A stretch of DNA of 64,000 bases from Felis catus (GCF_018350175.1 NC_058369.1:14634001-14698000), one strand, 5' to 3'. Counted from the stretch's first letter, positions 1 through 12,900 are shown. Translations and numbers: made by a program. The notes: a model not told the origin generated them from the letters alone.

Positions 1-26
1 CCCCAAAATAAAATCTTTAAAAAAAA

Positions 27-390
27 GTAACCTTAGCAAACCATGAATAGAAAGAACCCTCCTTAAGCTGCTAACAAGCATCTCGTCAGACCACAAAGCA
101 CACTTGGACTTACTGGGGACCCCTTAGAAGCACTCCTTCAAGTCAGACACGGGCAAGGAGGCCTCTCCTCAGCTCTGTCCTCAGGTGCCGGTGGAGAGGA
201 TGAGACCAGGAGTCTGGGAGGGACAGATAGTCAAGGTAAGGATGGGAGATGTGACCAATTCAAAGGCTGAAGGATGTCCCTGTGTCCCTGCAGTGGCCCA
301 GGGACTCACCAACAATGCCCTTTTCATCCTCCATCCCACCCCAAACCAAACTCCAGGTTGGTTCTTCATTGAACAATGGCATTCTAACCA
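27..390 (+). mobile_element. Ancient, highly decayed LINE-1 ORF2 fragment
   Basis: Resembles remembered L1M ORF2 consensus (gaatagaa...cctcc ttaagctg...; tcag...ggcaagga; ccaaactccagg...attctaa). Confidence 0.45.
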
Positions 391-767
391 TCTGGCACAG
401 TTTGCCCCTCACACTACTCTACCAAGGGCCCTTTTATATTCTTATTTCCTGGGGATAATGGCCCTGAGTTCTTCACTCTAAGTGAGGACACTTTCAAGCA
501 CAGCCTGTTGGTGTTGAGACCTGCCTGCATTTACTTGTCAGGCAATGTATCCTAGGGCAGCTCATTTAAGCAGCACTCGAGATAAATCCATGTTGTAAGT
601 CCCTGAACTTTCTCAGTCTTATAGGATCTTATGGAGAATATCCCTTTAACAAACACTCATCTGAAATCATGACTGCCACGCACACTAGATAGTTACCAAA
701 TTGAGGAAGTACGTTATGCAAATTCCCACCATTTCTAATGAATCTTTAATTAACATACATCACAACC

Positions 768-986
768 AGGGCACCTGGGTGGCTCAGTCGGTTGGGCATC
801 TGACTTTGGCTGTGGTCATGATCTCACAGTCCGTGAGTTCGAGCCCCGCGTCAGGCTCTGTGCTGACAGCTCAGAGCCTGGAGCCTGCTTCGGGTTCTGT
901 GTCTCCCTCTCTCTCTGCCCCTCCCCTGCTCATGCTCTGTCTCTCTCTGTCTCAAAAATAAATAAACGTTAAAAATTTTTTTAAAA
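768..986 (+). mobile_element. Can-SINE (SINEC_Fc type)
   Basis: gggcacctgggtggctcagtcggtt head, (CT)n, A-tail; TSD-like catcacaacc/catcgcaacc. Confidence 0.92.
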
Positions 987-1337
987 ATGCATCGCAACCT
1001 AAGTGCTTAAACCTCAACCAAATATGCAAATTAATTTTCATTTCACTATATTTATGCATTTATTAAAACTCTGCAGTTCTGTAATAAACTACTATATGAA
1101 GTAAAAATGATATGCAGCTTATTTAGGTTTGTCTTCGTTGCATGTCTTCGTTGCAACAGGCAAAAGGAAAAGACAGCAAAATGCTGTAATATACAACACG
1201 GCCAGGTAAAAGGTGTAGAAAATTGGTCCATGCTCTCCTATAATGACAAGGCTTTGAGAACATTTAACAGCAACAGCTAAAAAAACACTTACTGATGATT
1301 TCTGTCTACATTAAACAATTTCATCTTTTTATCATTT

Positions 1338-1554
1338 TATTATTTTTTTAAGTTTATTTTGAGAAAGAGCGAGAAAGAGAGAAGAAACATGAGAGGGGGA
1401 GGGGCAGAGAGAGAGGGAGAAAGAGAATCCCAAGCCATCTCAGTACTGTGAGCACAGAACCCTATGCGAGGCTCGATGTCACAAACTAGGAGATCATGAT
1501 CTGAGCCAAAATCAAGAGTCGGATGCTCAACCGACTGAGCTACCAAGGCACCCC
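1338..1554 (-). mobile_element. Can-SINE
   Basis: Reverse-complement SINE body and T-tail. Confidence 0.9.
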
Positions 1555-2179
1555 AATGATCTCATTTCCCATCCAAAGAAATGCTCCAACCCTAACTGAA
1601 CAATGTGAGCCATTGGGAAAGGCCTAGAAAATTCCAAAGCTGGGCTACCGTCACCCACGCTGTGACCTTTATTTTGCCGTGTCCTGTATAGGGAGGTGAC
1701 CAGCCGCACATCAACCAAGTCCTACCCAATTTTCCAGGCTGGAATCAGGTTTTCAGACCAGCCAATGCCCTAATTACCCTAAAGGGAATTATCCCAGGAA
1801 CTGATGTTAAGCAAGTTCTAAGTATTTATAAAGGAGTATTTTCTGTCAAAAAAGATTGGCCGTTCTCATGCCATCACCACGTCTACTGATAGCTACTCTG
1901 AGCCAAGACCCTGACAGGACTGGGCTGCACTGTGGGCACGCCTGTGTTTTAGGGGCTGGCGTTCCAAGTCGGGAACAGGAAACAAACCAGAAACAAAACC
2001 ACAAGATCATTTTAGTCAATGGCCACGCCCTAAGAAAACACCTGAACAGGGTAAGAGATTCTGTAAGTAAGCGCTGTTTCACAAGAATCTGTGTCTTTAC
2101 ATAAGGTTTTAAAGCTCCTGGCTCATTCTTTATTGTAGGTGCACCAGCAATCAAAACGCTTTAGTTCCTGAGCTGGTTG

Positions 2180-2381
2180 TTTGTTTTTTAAAGATTTTTA
2201 TTATTTTCAAATAATTTCCACACCCACTGTGGGGCTCAAACCTACAACCCCGAGATCAAGAGTTACATATTCCACTGACTGAGCCAAACAGGTGCCCCAA
2301 GCTGTTTTTATAACAGCTTTACAGAGATGGAATTCATGTGACATACCATCCACCCATAAAAAAAAATTAATATTTATTTAT

Positions 2382-2441
<60 letters not shown>

Positions 2442-3235
2442 AGGGAGGGGCAGAGAGGGGAGGGAGACACAGAATCCTAAGCAGGCTCCAGGCGCTACAC
2501 TGTCAGCACAGAGCCCAGAGCGGGACCTGTGAGATCATGACCTGAGCCGAAGTTGGATGCTTAACCAACTGCACCCACCCAATTAAAGTGAGCAATTTGG
2601 GGCGCCTGGGTGGCTCAGTCAGTTAAGCATCTGACTCGTGGTTTCAGCTCAGGTCATGATCTCACGGTTCGTGAGTTCGAGCCCCGCATTTGCGTTGACA
2701 GTGCAGATCCTGCTTGGGATTCTTTATCTCCTTTCTCTCAGCCCCTCCCCTGATCGCTCTCTCTCTCTCTGTCTCTGTCTCTCAAAATAAATAAATAAAC
2801 TTTAACAAAAATAAATAAATAAAGTGAACAAGTCTGGGACGCCCAGGTGGTTCCGTCAGTTAAGCATCTGACTCTTGATCTCAGTTCAGGTCTTGATCTC
2901 AGAGTTGTGAGTTCAAGCCCCGCATTGGATTCTCAACTGGGCATAAAGCCTACTTAAAAAAATAAAATAAGTGAATAATTTAGTGCTTTTCAGTACATTC
3001 ATAATGTTGTGTAGCCATCACCACTACCTAACATCTTCATCACTTCAAAAAGAAACTCTGCCCTCATTAGCAGTCATTCCCTGCTCCCCTGCCCCTTAGC
3101 TCCTGGCAGCTGCTAATCTCTTTCTGCCTATTCTGCATATTTCATATACATGGAATCATACAATATATGGTCTTTGTGTCTGGCTTCTCTCACTGAGCAT
3201 AAAGTTTCCAAGGTTCGTCCACATTGTCATCATGG
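2180..3235. mobile_element. Old L1M 3' UTR fragment (minus strand) with four adjacent or inserted Can-SINEs (about 2180-2298 -, 2362-2580 -, 2599-2822 +, 2835-2970 +)
   Basis: ataacagcttta...gaatcatacaatat...ctgagcataa L1M-type sequence split by SINEs; (GA)n at 2385-2433. Confidence 0.8.
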
Positions 3236-3304
3236 ACACTGTTTTTTTTTTTTTTTTCATAACACTTGATGTGTATATTTATATATTTGTATATACTAGT
3301 CACC

Positions 3305-3470
3305 TATCTGTCCAATAGAACTTTCCACTATTTTAGACTTATGCTGTCTAATGAGAGCCACCAGCCACATGTGGCTACTGAGCACTTGAAATGTGGCCAG
3401 TATGGCTGAGGAATTCCTTCTTTAATTATATTTAATTTGAATTAATTCAAACATATATAGCTCCCTGCTG
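3305..3470. mobile_element. MER3-like hAT-Charlie DNA transposon relic
   Basis: ctgtccaatagaactttc...gccacatgtggctactgagcacttgaaatgtggc. Confidence 0.7.
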
Positions 3471-3551
3471 TAAGAGGCTGGTGCATGGGAAGGACCACAG
3501 CTCCGGTCTATAGCAGCACCCGAGAGACAGGCTGATTACAATCAGAGGCCA

Positions 3552-4415
3552 GGGGCGCCTGGCTGGCTCAGTTGGTAGAACATGCAGTTGTGAGTTTAAG
3601 CCCCATGTTGGGCATAGAGCTTACTTTAAAAAAAATATCAGAGGTGGGGCGCCTGGGTGGCTCAGTGGGTTAAGCATCTGACTCTTGGTTTCGGCTCAGG
3701 TCTTGATCTCACAGTTCATGAGTTCGAGCCCCACATCCAGCTCTGTGCTGACCGTGCAGAGCCGGCTTGGGATTCTCTCTCTCCCTCTCCCTCTGCCCTT
3801 CCCCTGCTTGCACTATCTCTGTCTCTCAAAATAAATAAATGAGCTTTAAAAATTCAAAAAAGAAATCAGAGGCTTGATTCACAAGTCACCCTGAAACTGG
3901 GGGACCAGAAAAGGACACTCCAAGTAACTCCCCAGCTCTAGGAGATCCACTCTTAGCACAGCTGTAAGGAAACGTACATGAGACTCAGCCTCGGGTACAG
4001 CCAATCAGAAAAGGGATTGGAGTTCCAGATGAAGTCACACTAGAGCGTAATTGATAATGGCCCAAAGAATAATTATTGTTGGGATAAACCCAACCATAAG
4101 GCTGGACCTGCAGATCATGAATTTGCACAATTGCAACAGACCTGACTAGGTGATGAGGAAGGGGAACAAAGGTAAAAAAAAACCTCCTGGGTTGGGGGCG
4201 CCTGGGCGGCTCAGTCGGTTGAGTATCCAACTTCGGCTCAGGTCATGATCTCACGGTTCGCGAGTTCATTTGTGAGTTCGAGCCCTGCGTTGGGCTTGCT
4301 GCTGTCAACGCAGAGCCTGCTTTGGATCCTCTGTCCCCATCTCTCTGCCCCTGCCCCACTTGCTCTCTCTTAAAAATAAATAAACATTAAAAAAAAAAAA
4401 CAATAAACAAAATAA
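3552..4415 (+). mobile_element. Three Can-SINEs (about 3552-3635, 3646-3865, 4194-4415)
   Basis: ggggcgcctgg heads and A-tails; TSDs atcagaggc and aaaacct.ctgggtt. Confidence 0.9.
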
Positions 4416-5842
4416 AACCTGCTGGGTTACTTGAGCCTGACAGCTCCTAGCCAGGCCAATGAACAGTGGTCAGGAAATAACAGCGAGTTCCCTTATGTTA
4501 TGTGTTATTTCCATTTACTGCTCTGAAAGGCAGCTGTGTGTGCTCTCGCAGCCCAGAGAGGGTTCCTTGGCCCAAAGCAAGTCTGGCCGAGCCGGGTCTC
4601 TGGGACTTCTCATTCCTCAGCAGACAGTAAGAACCGACCAAGGTATAGACACGCGCTTGAGACCAGCACAGGGCACAGTGACAGCACTGAGAAGATAAAA
4701 CAGGCCTCTCTGAGTGAACCGCCCAGCATTCCAGGTGGATTTTCAGGGCACTTCCTATGCACACGGGGTCTAAGTTGCCCGCCCATCCGCCATCCAAGGT
4801 CCAAATGCTTTTATAGAAGTTGGCACTCGAGTTCACTTGGAGGCAAAGCCTGACCCAACCAGGGTGTAAGAATGTTCCTGTCTGGTGCTAAATGTCACCT
4901 TTGGAATGCAGGCTCTGCCCCAGAAGTCATCAACACAACAGTGCCTAAAATCCAAACAACTCTGAATGCTGTAAAGCATCTAGCCCCAAGGGTTTCAGGA
5001 AAGGGACTGGGCTAGTATTTGGTCCTCTCAGCTGAATTCAAAATTCTCTAAATACGGTTTATTTTGTTCTCTTAGGACAGCTCCTCTCGACACCAAGAAC
5101 AACGGCTGTCTCAAGGGAAGGATTCGGGAAGGAGGGTACACTCCTAGGGTGTTGCTGGTGTTCAGAGGCCTCTGCAGGGAGGGACACCCAGACACCCCTG
5201 ACCTGGAAGATGTGCCAGCGTCCCTCCCACAGGCCAGAGGAGACAGTGGGAGGCAGTGAGGAAGTGAGGCAGTGCTTCCAGGAATGTCTGCCAACACAGG
5301 GTTTACACAGAGGATGGCTTTCTCTTCAGGATGATACGAAGTCAGGCCCCAGGCCCTCAATCTTCCCGAACCTCATAAAAGGAACAGGATGAAAAGGATT
5401 TCAATTCATAGGTATCAGTCACCAGGAACAGTTCTCCATTCAACAAAAACCTAAGGACAGTCCTAGAACGCAGCGCATCCTAGGCCCTGCGCTCACTGGA
5501 GGAGACAGATGGCAAAGCCCCAGAGCCATCATGGACGCAGTGAGACCAGCGACGCACAGACGGCACTTGGAACTGGTGGGTGCAGGCTGTGAGGCACAGG
5601 ACGGGTTCCCTTTCTGAGCCAGGACAGGGTGTGGAAGGGTGGCACACAGCCCGGCTGTGGGTTACTGGGGTGCGACCTGTTCTCTCCAGAGGTTCACTCT
5701 GATCATCCATAAAACAAGAGGAGAGTCAGCATCTGCCCTGAGCTGCTAGAAGGTTCAGGAGATAATGCCAGGAAGCTCAGAGCTGACTGACTGCAACCCA
5801 TACTCCATCAATGCCTACTGGGCTTTAAACGCTCTGCACAAG

Positions 5843-6075
5843 TGGCGCCTGGGTGGCTCAGTCAGTCAAGCGTCTGAGTTCCGCTCAGGTCATGATCTCA
5901 CAGGTCGTGAGTTCGAGCCCCGTGTCAGGCTCTGTGCTGGCAGCTCAGGGCCTGGAGCCTGCTTCAGATTCTGTGTCTCCCTCTCTCTCTGACCCTCTCC
6001 TGCTCATGTTCTTTCTCCCTCTCTCTCAAGAATAAACATTAAAAATATATTAATAAAAAATAAGTAAATAAACAA
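5843..6075 (+). mobile_element. Can-SINE
   Basis: SINE body; TSD-like aaacgctctgcaca/aaatgctccgcaca. Confidence 0.9.
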
Positions 6076-7103
6076 ATGCTCCGCACAGTTTTTGTCTTTA
6101 CCCTAAAGGCCTCTTGCAGACTTCAGCCAGAGGGGAATGTGAGGAATGTGGGTTAAACCAAGAAACAGTCATGCTCTGTCCCTGCAGGAGGAGTCCCAGA
6201 AGGCCTGGCTCTCAGGATCACCAATAACGTGGTGACCCACTGGTGCCAGTGTGCGACATCAGGACACTGAACAGTTTTCTTTGGGCTAATACTGGGTCGT
6301 TCCTGTCACAAGGTTGGGAGAAGCTGAAGCAGAACTGAGATCTTGTTTACTTTCCTGCCACTCACATGTTGGACGCACAGCGATCCCATGGCTGCACTTC
6401 CTAATCATGAGAAGAGAGATTTGGCCACACTGAACTTGACAATTCAGCCAGACCATGTGGAGCCCGGCTGGTGGCAACTGCAGATAGCTTGCACTTTCCC
6501 AGGTTGAGCAGGGCTGCCCCATTCACGTGCAACCATGTCCCAAGATGCATTATGCACCCCAATGTTTGAGCCAGTTGGTGGAAAGGAAGCCTGATTTTCT
6601 GAAGAATGCCCAGATCTGATGTGTGTGGCTTACGCTCTGAGCCCCATGGCCTCCTTGGGACTCAGCCTAGGGTAAGTCAAAAGCCCCAAGCATGACCTCT
6701 GCAGATTGGAAGGATGGGACAGGTGATAGCATGGTTTAAAACGGACACCTCAGCTTGTCCTGGTGGCAGTAGGTATCAGTCCTTTCTTTCTCTCTTGAAA
6801 CTGCAGAGTTTGAAGGTGACGGACAGCTGCCCTCATGTCCACACGTACAGAATCAGACGGAGCAAAAAAGATGTGCCCGGACTGCACACCTCCCAAGAAC
6901 TGGTTTCCTGTTCAGTTCCAGCACCCCACAGACAGAATAAACATCATCAAGAACTAAAGCTTGCTGACATCACGGTTGATGGAATTACTTTTAAAAATTG
7001 TTTTTATGGTGGGGACTGAGGGGTGAAAAGGGGTCCATGTTTGGGAGGAGGATTGGGTATACATGGGGGGCAAGGAACAACTGATTGAATATGTAAAAGT
7101 ACC

Positions 7104-7295
7104 GGGGCGCCTGGGTGGCTCGGTCGGTTAAGTCTCTGACTTCGGCTCAGGTCATGATCTCACAGTTCATGAGTTTAAGCCTCACGCTGGACTTGCTGCT
7201 GTCAGTGCAGAGCCTGCTTGGGATCCTCTGTCCCCCTCTCTCTCCCCCTCCCCCACTTGTGCTGTCTCAAAAATAAGACCTAAAAAACAATAAGT
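7104..7295 (+). mobile_element. Can-SINE
   Basis: SINE body; TSD gtaaaagtac. Confidence 0.9.
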
Positions 7296-7334
7296 AAAAG
7301 TACTCAGGATACCGGGAGCAGAAATCTTATTGTG

Positions 7335-7755
7335 AGGAAACATCAGATCAACCCAAATGGAGGGGTCTGCCTGTGATCTTCTAGACGGTCAAGGTCATGA
7401 AAGCCAAGGAATAACAGGCTTGTTACAAATGGAAAAAGACCAAAGTGACATGCTATGTAACATGAGATCCTGGCCCAATAAAGGACATTATTGGGACAAC
7501 TGAAAAGCTTAAATAAGGTCTGAGGATTCTATGCTAGTGGCGTTATCAATGTCATTCCCTGACTCTAAGGGATGTCCCGGGAGGAAACAGGAGAACGTCT
7601 TATTCATTGGGAACACACTCAGGTAAGTGTGCAGGGGTCACAGGGCATCATGGCAGCCACTTATTCCGCAACAGTGCAGGAAGAAAAATATATTTGCACT
7701 GTTCTTGGAACATTTCTGTAAATCTGTGATTATTTCAAAATAAAAAGTTAAACAC
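7335..7755 (+). mobile_element. Old L1 (L1MC/ME-type) 3' UTR fragment
   Basis: gtcaaggtcatgaaag...aaaggacattattgggacaactg...atttcaaaataaaaagtt. Confidence 0.65.
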
Positions 7756-8014
7756 ACACAAGCAACCTATGAGAACAAATGGAGGCCACTCCAAGTACAA
7801 GGGCTTTGTAAGCCAAGCAGAATTACAGCTTCTGGGTTACAAAGTGCACTCAAAGGTAAAGGAATCAGGGATGAAACATAGCACAGGCTGGCTTTTATGA
7901 AAAAGGAAAGTGGTGGTAAAGACAACAGAGAAACCGTTGACTGTTACCTGGGTTGGTAGCAATACCATGAAGATCCATCATGAAATATTTCTTTGTTTTG
8001 TTTTGTTTAATTAA

Positions 8015-8661
8015 AAAAATTTTAATGTCCATTTATTTTTGAAGGAGAGACAGACAGAGTATGGGCCCGTAAGGGGCAGAGAGAGAGGGAAACACAGAAC
8101 CCGAAGCAGGCTCCAGGCTCTGAGCTGTCAGCACAGAGCCTGACGCAGGGCTCAAACCCACGAACTGTGAGATCATGAAGGAAGTCAGATGCTTAACCGA
8201 CTGAGCCACCCAGGCATCCCTATTCAAATTTTTTTTTTTTAACGTTTATTCATTTTTGAGAGACAGAGAGAGAGAGCACAGTAGGGTGGGTCAGAGTGAG
8301 AGGGACACACAGAATCTGAAGCAAGGTCCAGGCTCTGAGCTGTCAGCACAAAGCCTGATGCGAGGCTCGAACTCACGAACCGTGAGATCATGACATCAGC
8401 TGAAGTTGGACGCTTAACCAACTAAGTCACCCAGGTGCCCCTAATTTTTTTTAATGTTTAATTATATTAGAGAGAGAGAGAGACAGAGACAGAGCATGAG
8501 CAGGGGAGGGGCAAAGAGAGAGGGAGACACAGAATCCGAGGCGGGTTCCAGGCTCTGAGCTGTCAGCACAGAGCCTGATGCAGGGCTTGAACTCATGAAC
8601 CGCGAGATCATGACCTGAGCTGAAGTCGGATGCCTAACCGATTGAACCACCCAGGTGCCCC
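8015..8661 (-). mobile_element. Three tandem Can-SINEs (about 8015-8220, 8229-8441, 8444-8661)
   Basis: Head-to-tail minus-strand SINEs; whole block flanked by catgaaatatttcttt/catgaagtatttcttt. Confidence 0.92.
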
Positions 8662-8754
8662 ATGAAGTATTTCTTTGAACTAATAGGGTTCCCCACCAAT
8701 GTCAGTCCCACCAAATGACTGAGCAGTTCTCAACCAGAGTGTGAAGGTTGTAGA

Positions 8755-9065
8755 TGATAAAGACTGAGGAACCATCACAGATCAAAGGAGACTAAGGAGA
8801 CAGAATGACGACTAAATGCAATGTGGGAGGGTGGATCAGAGAAAAGGCATCAGGGCAAAGACTGGGGAAATCCGAATACAGTCTGTTGGTCAGTGCAAGA
8901 ACACTGTACCAAGGTTAATGTCCTGGTTTTGATCACTGCGCTACGGTCCTCAAGGTGTTGACGTTAGAGGAGGCTGGGAGAAGGGTATAGGAGAACTCTC
9001 TTGCCATTTTTCAACTTTTCCGCAAATCTAAAATTAATTCAAAATAAAATGTCTCTTTTTTTTTT
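8755..9065 (+). mobile_element. Old L1MC-type 3' UTR fragment
   Basis: agactgaggaac...gactaaatgcaatgtgg...tctaaaattaattcaaaataaaa. Confidence 0.65.
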
Positions 9066-9136
9066 TTAACAAAAGGATTGGCAGTGGCAGAAGACTTCCA
9101 TGGGGATTACTTTGAATACTTAAAACAACTAAAATC

Positions 9137-9579
9137 AGGGGCGCCTGGGTGGCTCAGGCAGTTGGGCAGCTGACTTCAGCTCAGGTCATGGTCTCACAGT
9201 CTGTGAGTTCAAGCCCCGCGTTGGGCTCTGGGCTGACAGCTCAGAGCCTGGAGCCTGCGTCCAACTCTGTGTCTCCCTCTCTCTCTGTCCCTCCCCTGCT
9301 TGCTCTCTGTCTCTGTCTCTCTCTCAAAAAATAATAAACATTAAAAAACAAAAACAAGTAATCTCATTAGTATTCTACTTTTCTAAATCTATCATCTTTT
9401 CTTTAAAAAACTTTTTTTATTTTGAGAAGAGTGAGTAGGGGAGGGGCAGATAGAACGGGAGACGGATAGACCGTCAGCACAGAGCCCGACCAAGGGCTCA
9501 AACCCACAAACCGTGAGATCGTGGCCTGAGCTGAAATCAAGAGTTGGGTGTTTAACAGACTGGGCCACCCAGGTGCCCC
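9137..9579. mobile_element. Two Can-SINEs, tail-to-tail (9137-9355 +, about 9400-9579 -)
   Basis: SINE heads and tails in opposite orientation. Confidence 0.9.
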
Positions 9580-9877
9580 TCACCTTTTCCTTTTCCTTTT
9601 CCAAAACAATGGAATGCCACAGTGCCTCTTAGGTCTTCCTTAAGAACAAAGCAGCTGCTTGTTACTCATTGGCAACAGTATTTCTCCAGTTACAAACTGC
9701 AAAATTAATCCATGCGATACACGGATACATCAGAAAGCAGGGCACTGACGAGACAGAAAGGACGCATCTGGACCGTCTACTGCCAGAGAGAGACGTGACA
9801 GGCAAGACGGCCCACGACATGCGTCAGGCCGCGTCAGGACCAGATCAGAGGGTGCATGATTGTCATGGTCCTGGATC

Positions 9878-9903
9878 CACACACACACACACACACACAC
9901 ACA
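9878..9903. repeat. (CA)13 microsatellite
   Basis: Counted directly from the sequence. Confidence 0.95.
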
Positions 9904-9924
9904 AAAGTCTTCTCAATGGCCTAC

Positions 9925-9998
9925 CTGTCTTTTCCTTGATCTCACAGAGCACACTGAAGAGAGCAGGCTTCATCCGATGGCAATTCAGGGCATGCTTT
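9925..9998 (-). CDS. PBX4: PBX4 exon 2
   Basis: TTTCCCTTTCAG|A AAG CAT GCC...AAG ACA G|GTAG; 74 nt; [24 protein letters not shown]. Confidence 0.95.
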
Positions 9999-12900
9999 CT
10001 GAAAGGGAAACAACAGAAGAGAGTGTGAGAGAGAGAAGAGTCATCCTGTTCAGGGAAGTAAAGATCTTTCATATTGACCCTGCCAGTTCTGTTGAAAATT
10101 GCTCTTACGAAGTGACACTACAAAAGCATTTCCTATGACTTCCATTTTGTAAAATTCAAATGGAGCAATACACAAATATTCAAAACATTTCCTTTACATG
10201 TGTTTTTTTTTTTAACGTTTATTTATTTTTGAGACAGAGAGAGACAGAGCATGAACGGGGGAGGGTCAGAGAGAGAGGGAGACACAGAACCCGAAACAGG
10301 CAGGCTCTGAGCTGTCAGCACAGAGCCCGATGCGGGGCTCGAACTCATGGACCGCGAGATCATGACCTGAGCCGAAGTTGGACGCTTAACCGACTGAGCC
10401 ACCCAGGCGCCCCATGTGTTTTTTTTTTTTTTAATGTTTATTTATTTTTGAGAGAGAGAGAGAGAGCACAAGTGAGGAAGGGACAGAGACAGAGGGGACA
10501 GAGGACCTGAAGCAGGCTCTGTGCTGGCAGCAGTGAGCCTGACGTGGGGCTTGAACTCAAACTCAAGATTGCGACCTGAGCTGAAGTCGGACACTCAACT
10601 GCCTGAGCCACTCAGGTGCCCCTCCATGGAAAATTTTAAACAATGCAAATTTAAATAATGCAAATAACTTGTCAAGGACTACGAACTTTGGGGGCGCGTG
10701 GGTGGCTCGGTAGGTTAAGCATCCGACTCTTGATTTTGGCTCAGGTCATGATCTCACTGTTATGGGATCGAGCCCCATGTCAGGCTCAGTGTGGTGCACA
10801 GAGCCTGCTTGGGATTCTCTGTCTCTCCCTATCTCTCTGCCCCTCTCCCCTGCTGTGCTCTCTCTCTCTCTCAAAATAAACATAAAAAAAAAAAAAAAAA
10901 AAACCAACCCTACGAACTTTCAAGATCCAGTGATTTCAAAGCTGTGTTCACACTATTGCCCTGTCCTGGCACTTTGATGCATAAGCAGAAATGCCAGCCA
11001 TCCTACCCCAACGTCCTGAGATGTTAACTTAGTAGGTGTTTACTGAGCAGCCTCTATGTGCCATACACCATTCCAGTGTCACAGACACAGACAGATGAGG
11101 TTCCTACCCGCGTGGCAGTTAAGAGGGAGGGAGTGAGAGACACCAAACGCACACACAAACGAGATAACCACGAGCCACGGCAGGTGCATTGTGGCAACAG
11201 ACTAGAGTGATGGGGAGAAGGCTTACTGGAGTTCGAATGTCTCTGATGTGACCTCAATGCTGAGATCAGAATGACAATAAGTCAGGCAGGAAACGAGAGG
11301 CTGAAGAGAGTAATCATTTGGATCGAGGAACCAGCCAGTGCAAAGGCTAAGTGAGAACACGCTTGGCTTTTTAAGAGACCAGGATGCTGTGGAGTAAGGG
11401 GTGAGGGAGAGAGCCAGGAGGTGAAGTTAGGCAAGGGGGAGTCACCTAGAAGAGCCTTGTCAGTCAGGGGAACAACTCTGGCTTTTGTTCCTGGTGATGG
11501 GAATGGTGGTTGGCAGAAGAATGGCTCCCAAAGATGTCCATGTGCTGCTAATCCTCAGAATATGTTACACTGGAAAAAGAACTCTGTGGCTGTGACTAAG
11601 GTTAAGGACCTTGAGATGGGGAGATTAGCCTGGATTACCCAGATGGGCCCAATCTAATCATACAAGTCCTTAGAAGTGGACAACCTCTTCTAGCTGTGTT
11701 CAGAGAGACATACAGTGACACGGAGCCACCCAGGCGCCCCGAGTGACACGGAGTCAGAGACACTATGCGGTTGGCTCCGAAGACAGAGGAAGAAAACTAC
11801 AAGCCAAGAAATGCAGGTGGCTTCAACAAGCTGGAAAAGGCAAGGAAATGGACTCTTCCCCTGTGGCCTCCAGAAGGAAGGCGGCCCGACTTCAGCTCAG
11901 ATCATGATCTCACAGCTTGTGAGTTGAAGCCCTGCATCGGGCTCTATGCTGACAGCTCAGAGCCTGGAGCTTGCTTCGGATTCTTTGTCTCCCTCTCTCT
12001 CTCCCCTTTCAAAAATAAACACTAAAAAAAAGTTTTGGGGTGCCTGAGTGGCTCAGTCAGTTAGGCGTCCGACTTCAGCTCAGGTCATGATCTCACTGTT
12101 CGTGAGTTCGAGCCCCGCGTCGGGCTCTGTGCTGACAGCTCGGAGCCTGGAGCCTGCTTCGGATTCTGTGTCTCCTCCTCTCTCTGCCCCTCCCCAGCTC
12201 ACACTCAGTCTCTGTCTCTCTCAAAAACAAACAAACATTTAAAAAAATAAATACGATTCAGTGGCTTTTTGGAAATTCACAATGTTTAATCATCACCACT
12301 GTCTATTTCCACAACACTGTCACCACCCCGCTGAAGAAATCCTGTTCCCATTAGCAGTCATTCCCCGTTCTCCTCTCCTCCCACCCAGCAACCACCAATC
12401 TTTTGGTCTCTATAGGTATGTCTCTGGACAAATGTCTCCTGGACATTTCATATAAATGGAATCACAGAGTATGGGACCTTATGTGCCTTTCCCATAGCAT
12501 GTTTTCATGGTTCTTCCAAGTTTTTGTGTATCACTGCTTCATCCCTTTTTAAGGCCAAATAATATTCCATTGTATGAATAACTTTTGTTTGTCCATTTAT
12601 CAATTGATGCACTCTTGGGTTGTTTCCACTTTTGGCTATTATGAATAATTATGCTATGAACATTCACAGGTAAGTTTTTATGTGAGCGTGTGTCTAGGGA
12701 GAATTGCTGAGTCATATGGTAACTGTTTAACCTTTTGAAGAAATGTCAAACTTTTTTTTTAATGTTTATTTTTATTTTTATTTTTTTTATTTTTTTTTTC
12801 AACGTTTATTTATTTTTGGGACAGAGAGAGACAGAGCATGAACGGGGGAGGGGCAGAGAGAGAGGGAGACACAGAATCGGAAACAGGCTCCAGGCTCTGA

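Noticed and set aside
1..9924. Further PBX4 coding exons (PBC-B or homeodomain)
   Set aside because: No PBX-like translation was found in this interval; exon 3 onward must lie outside the window.
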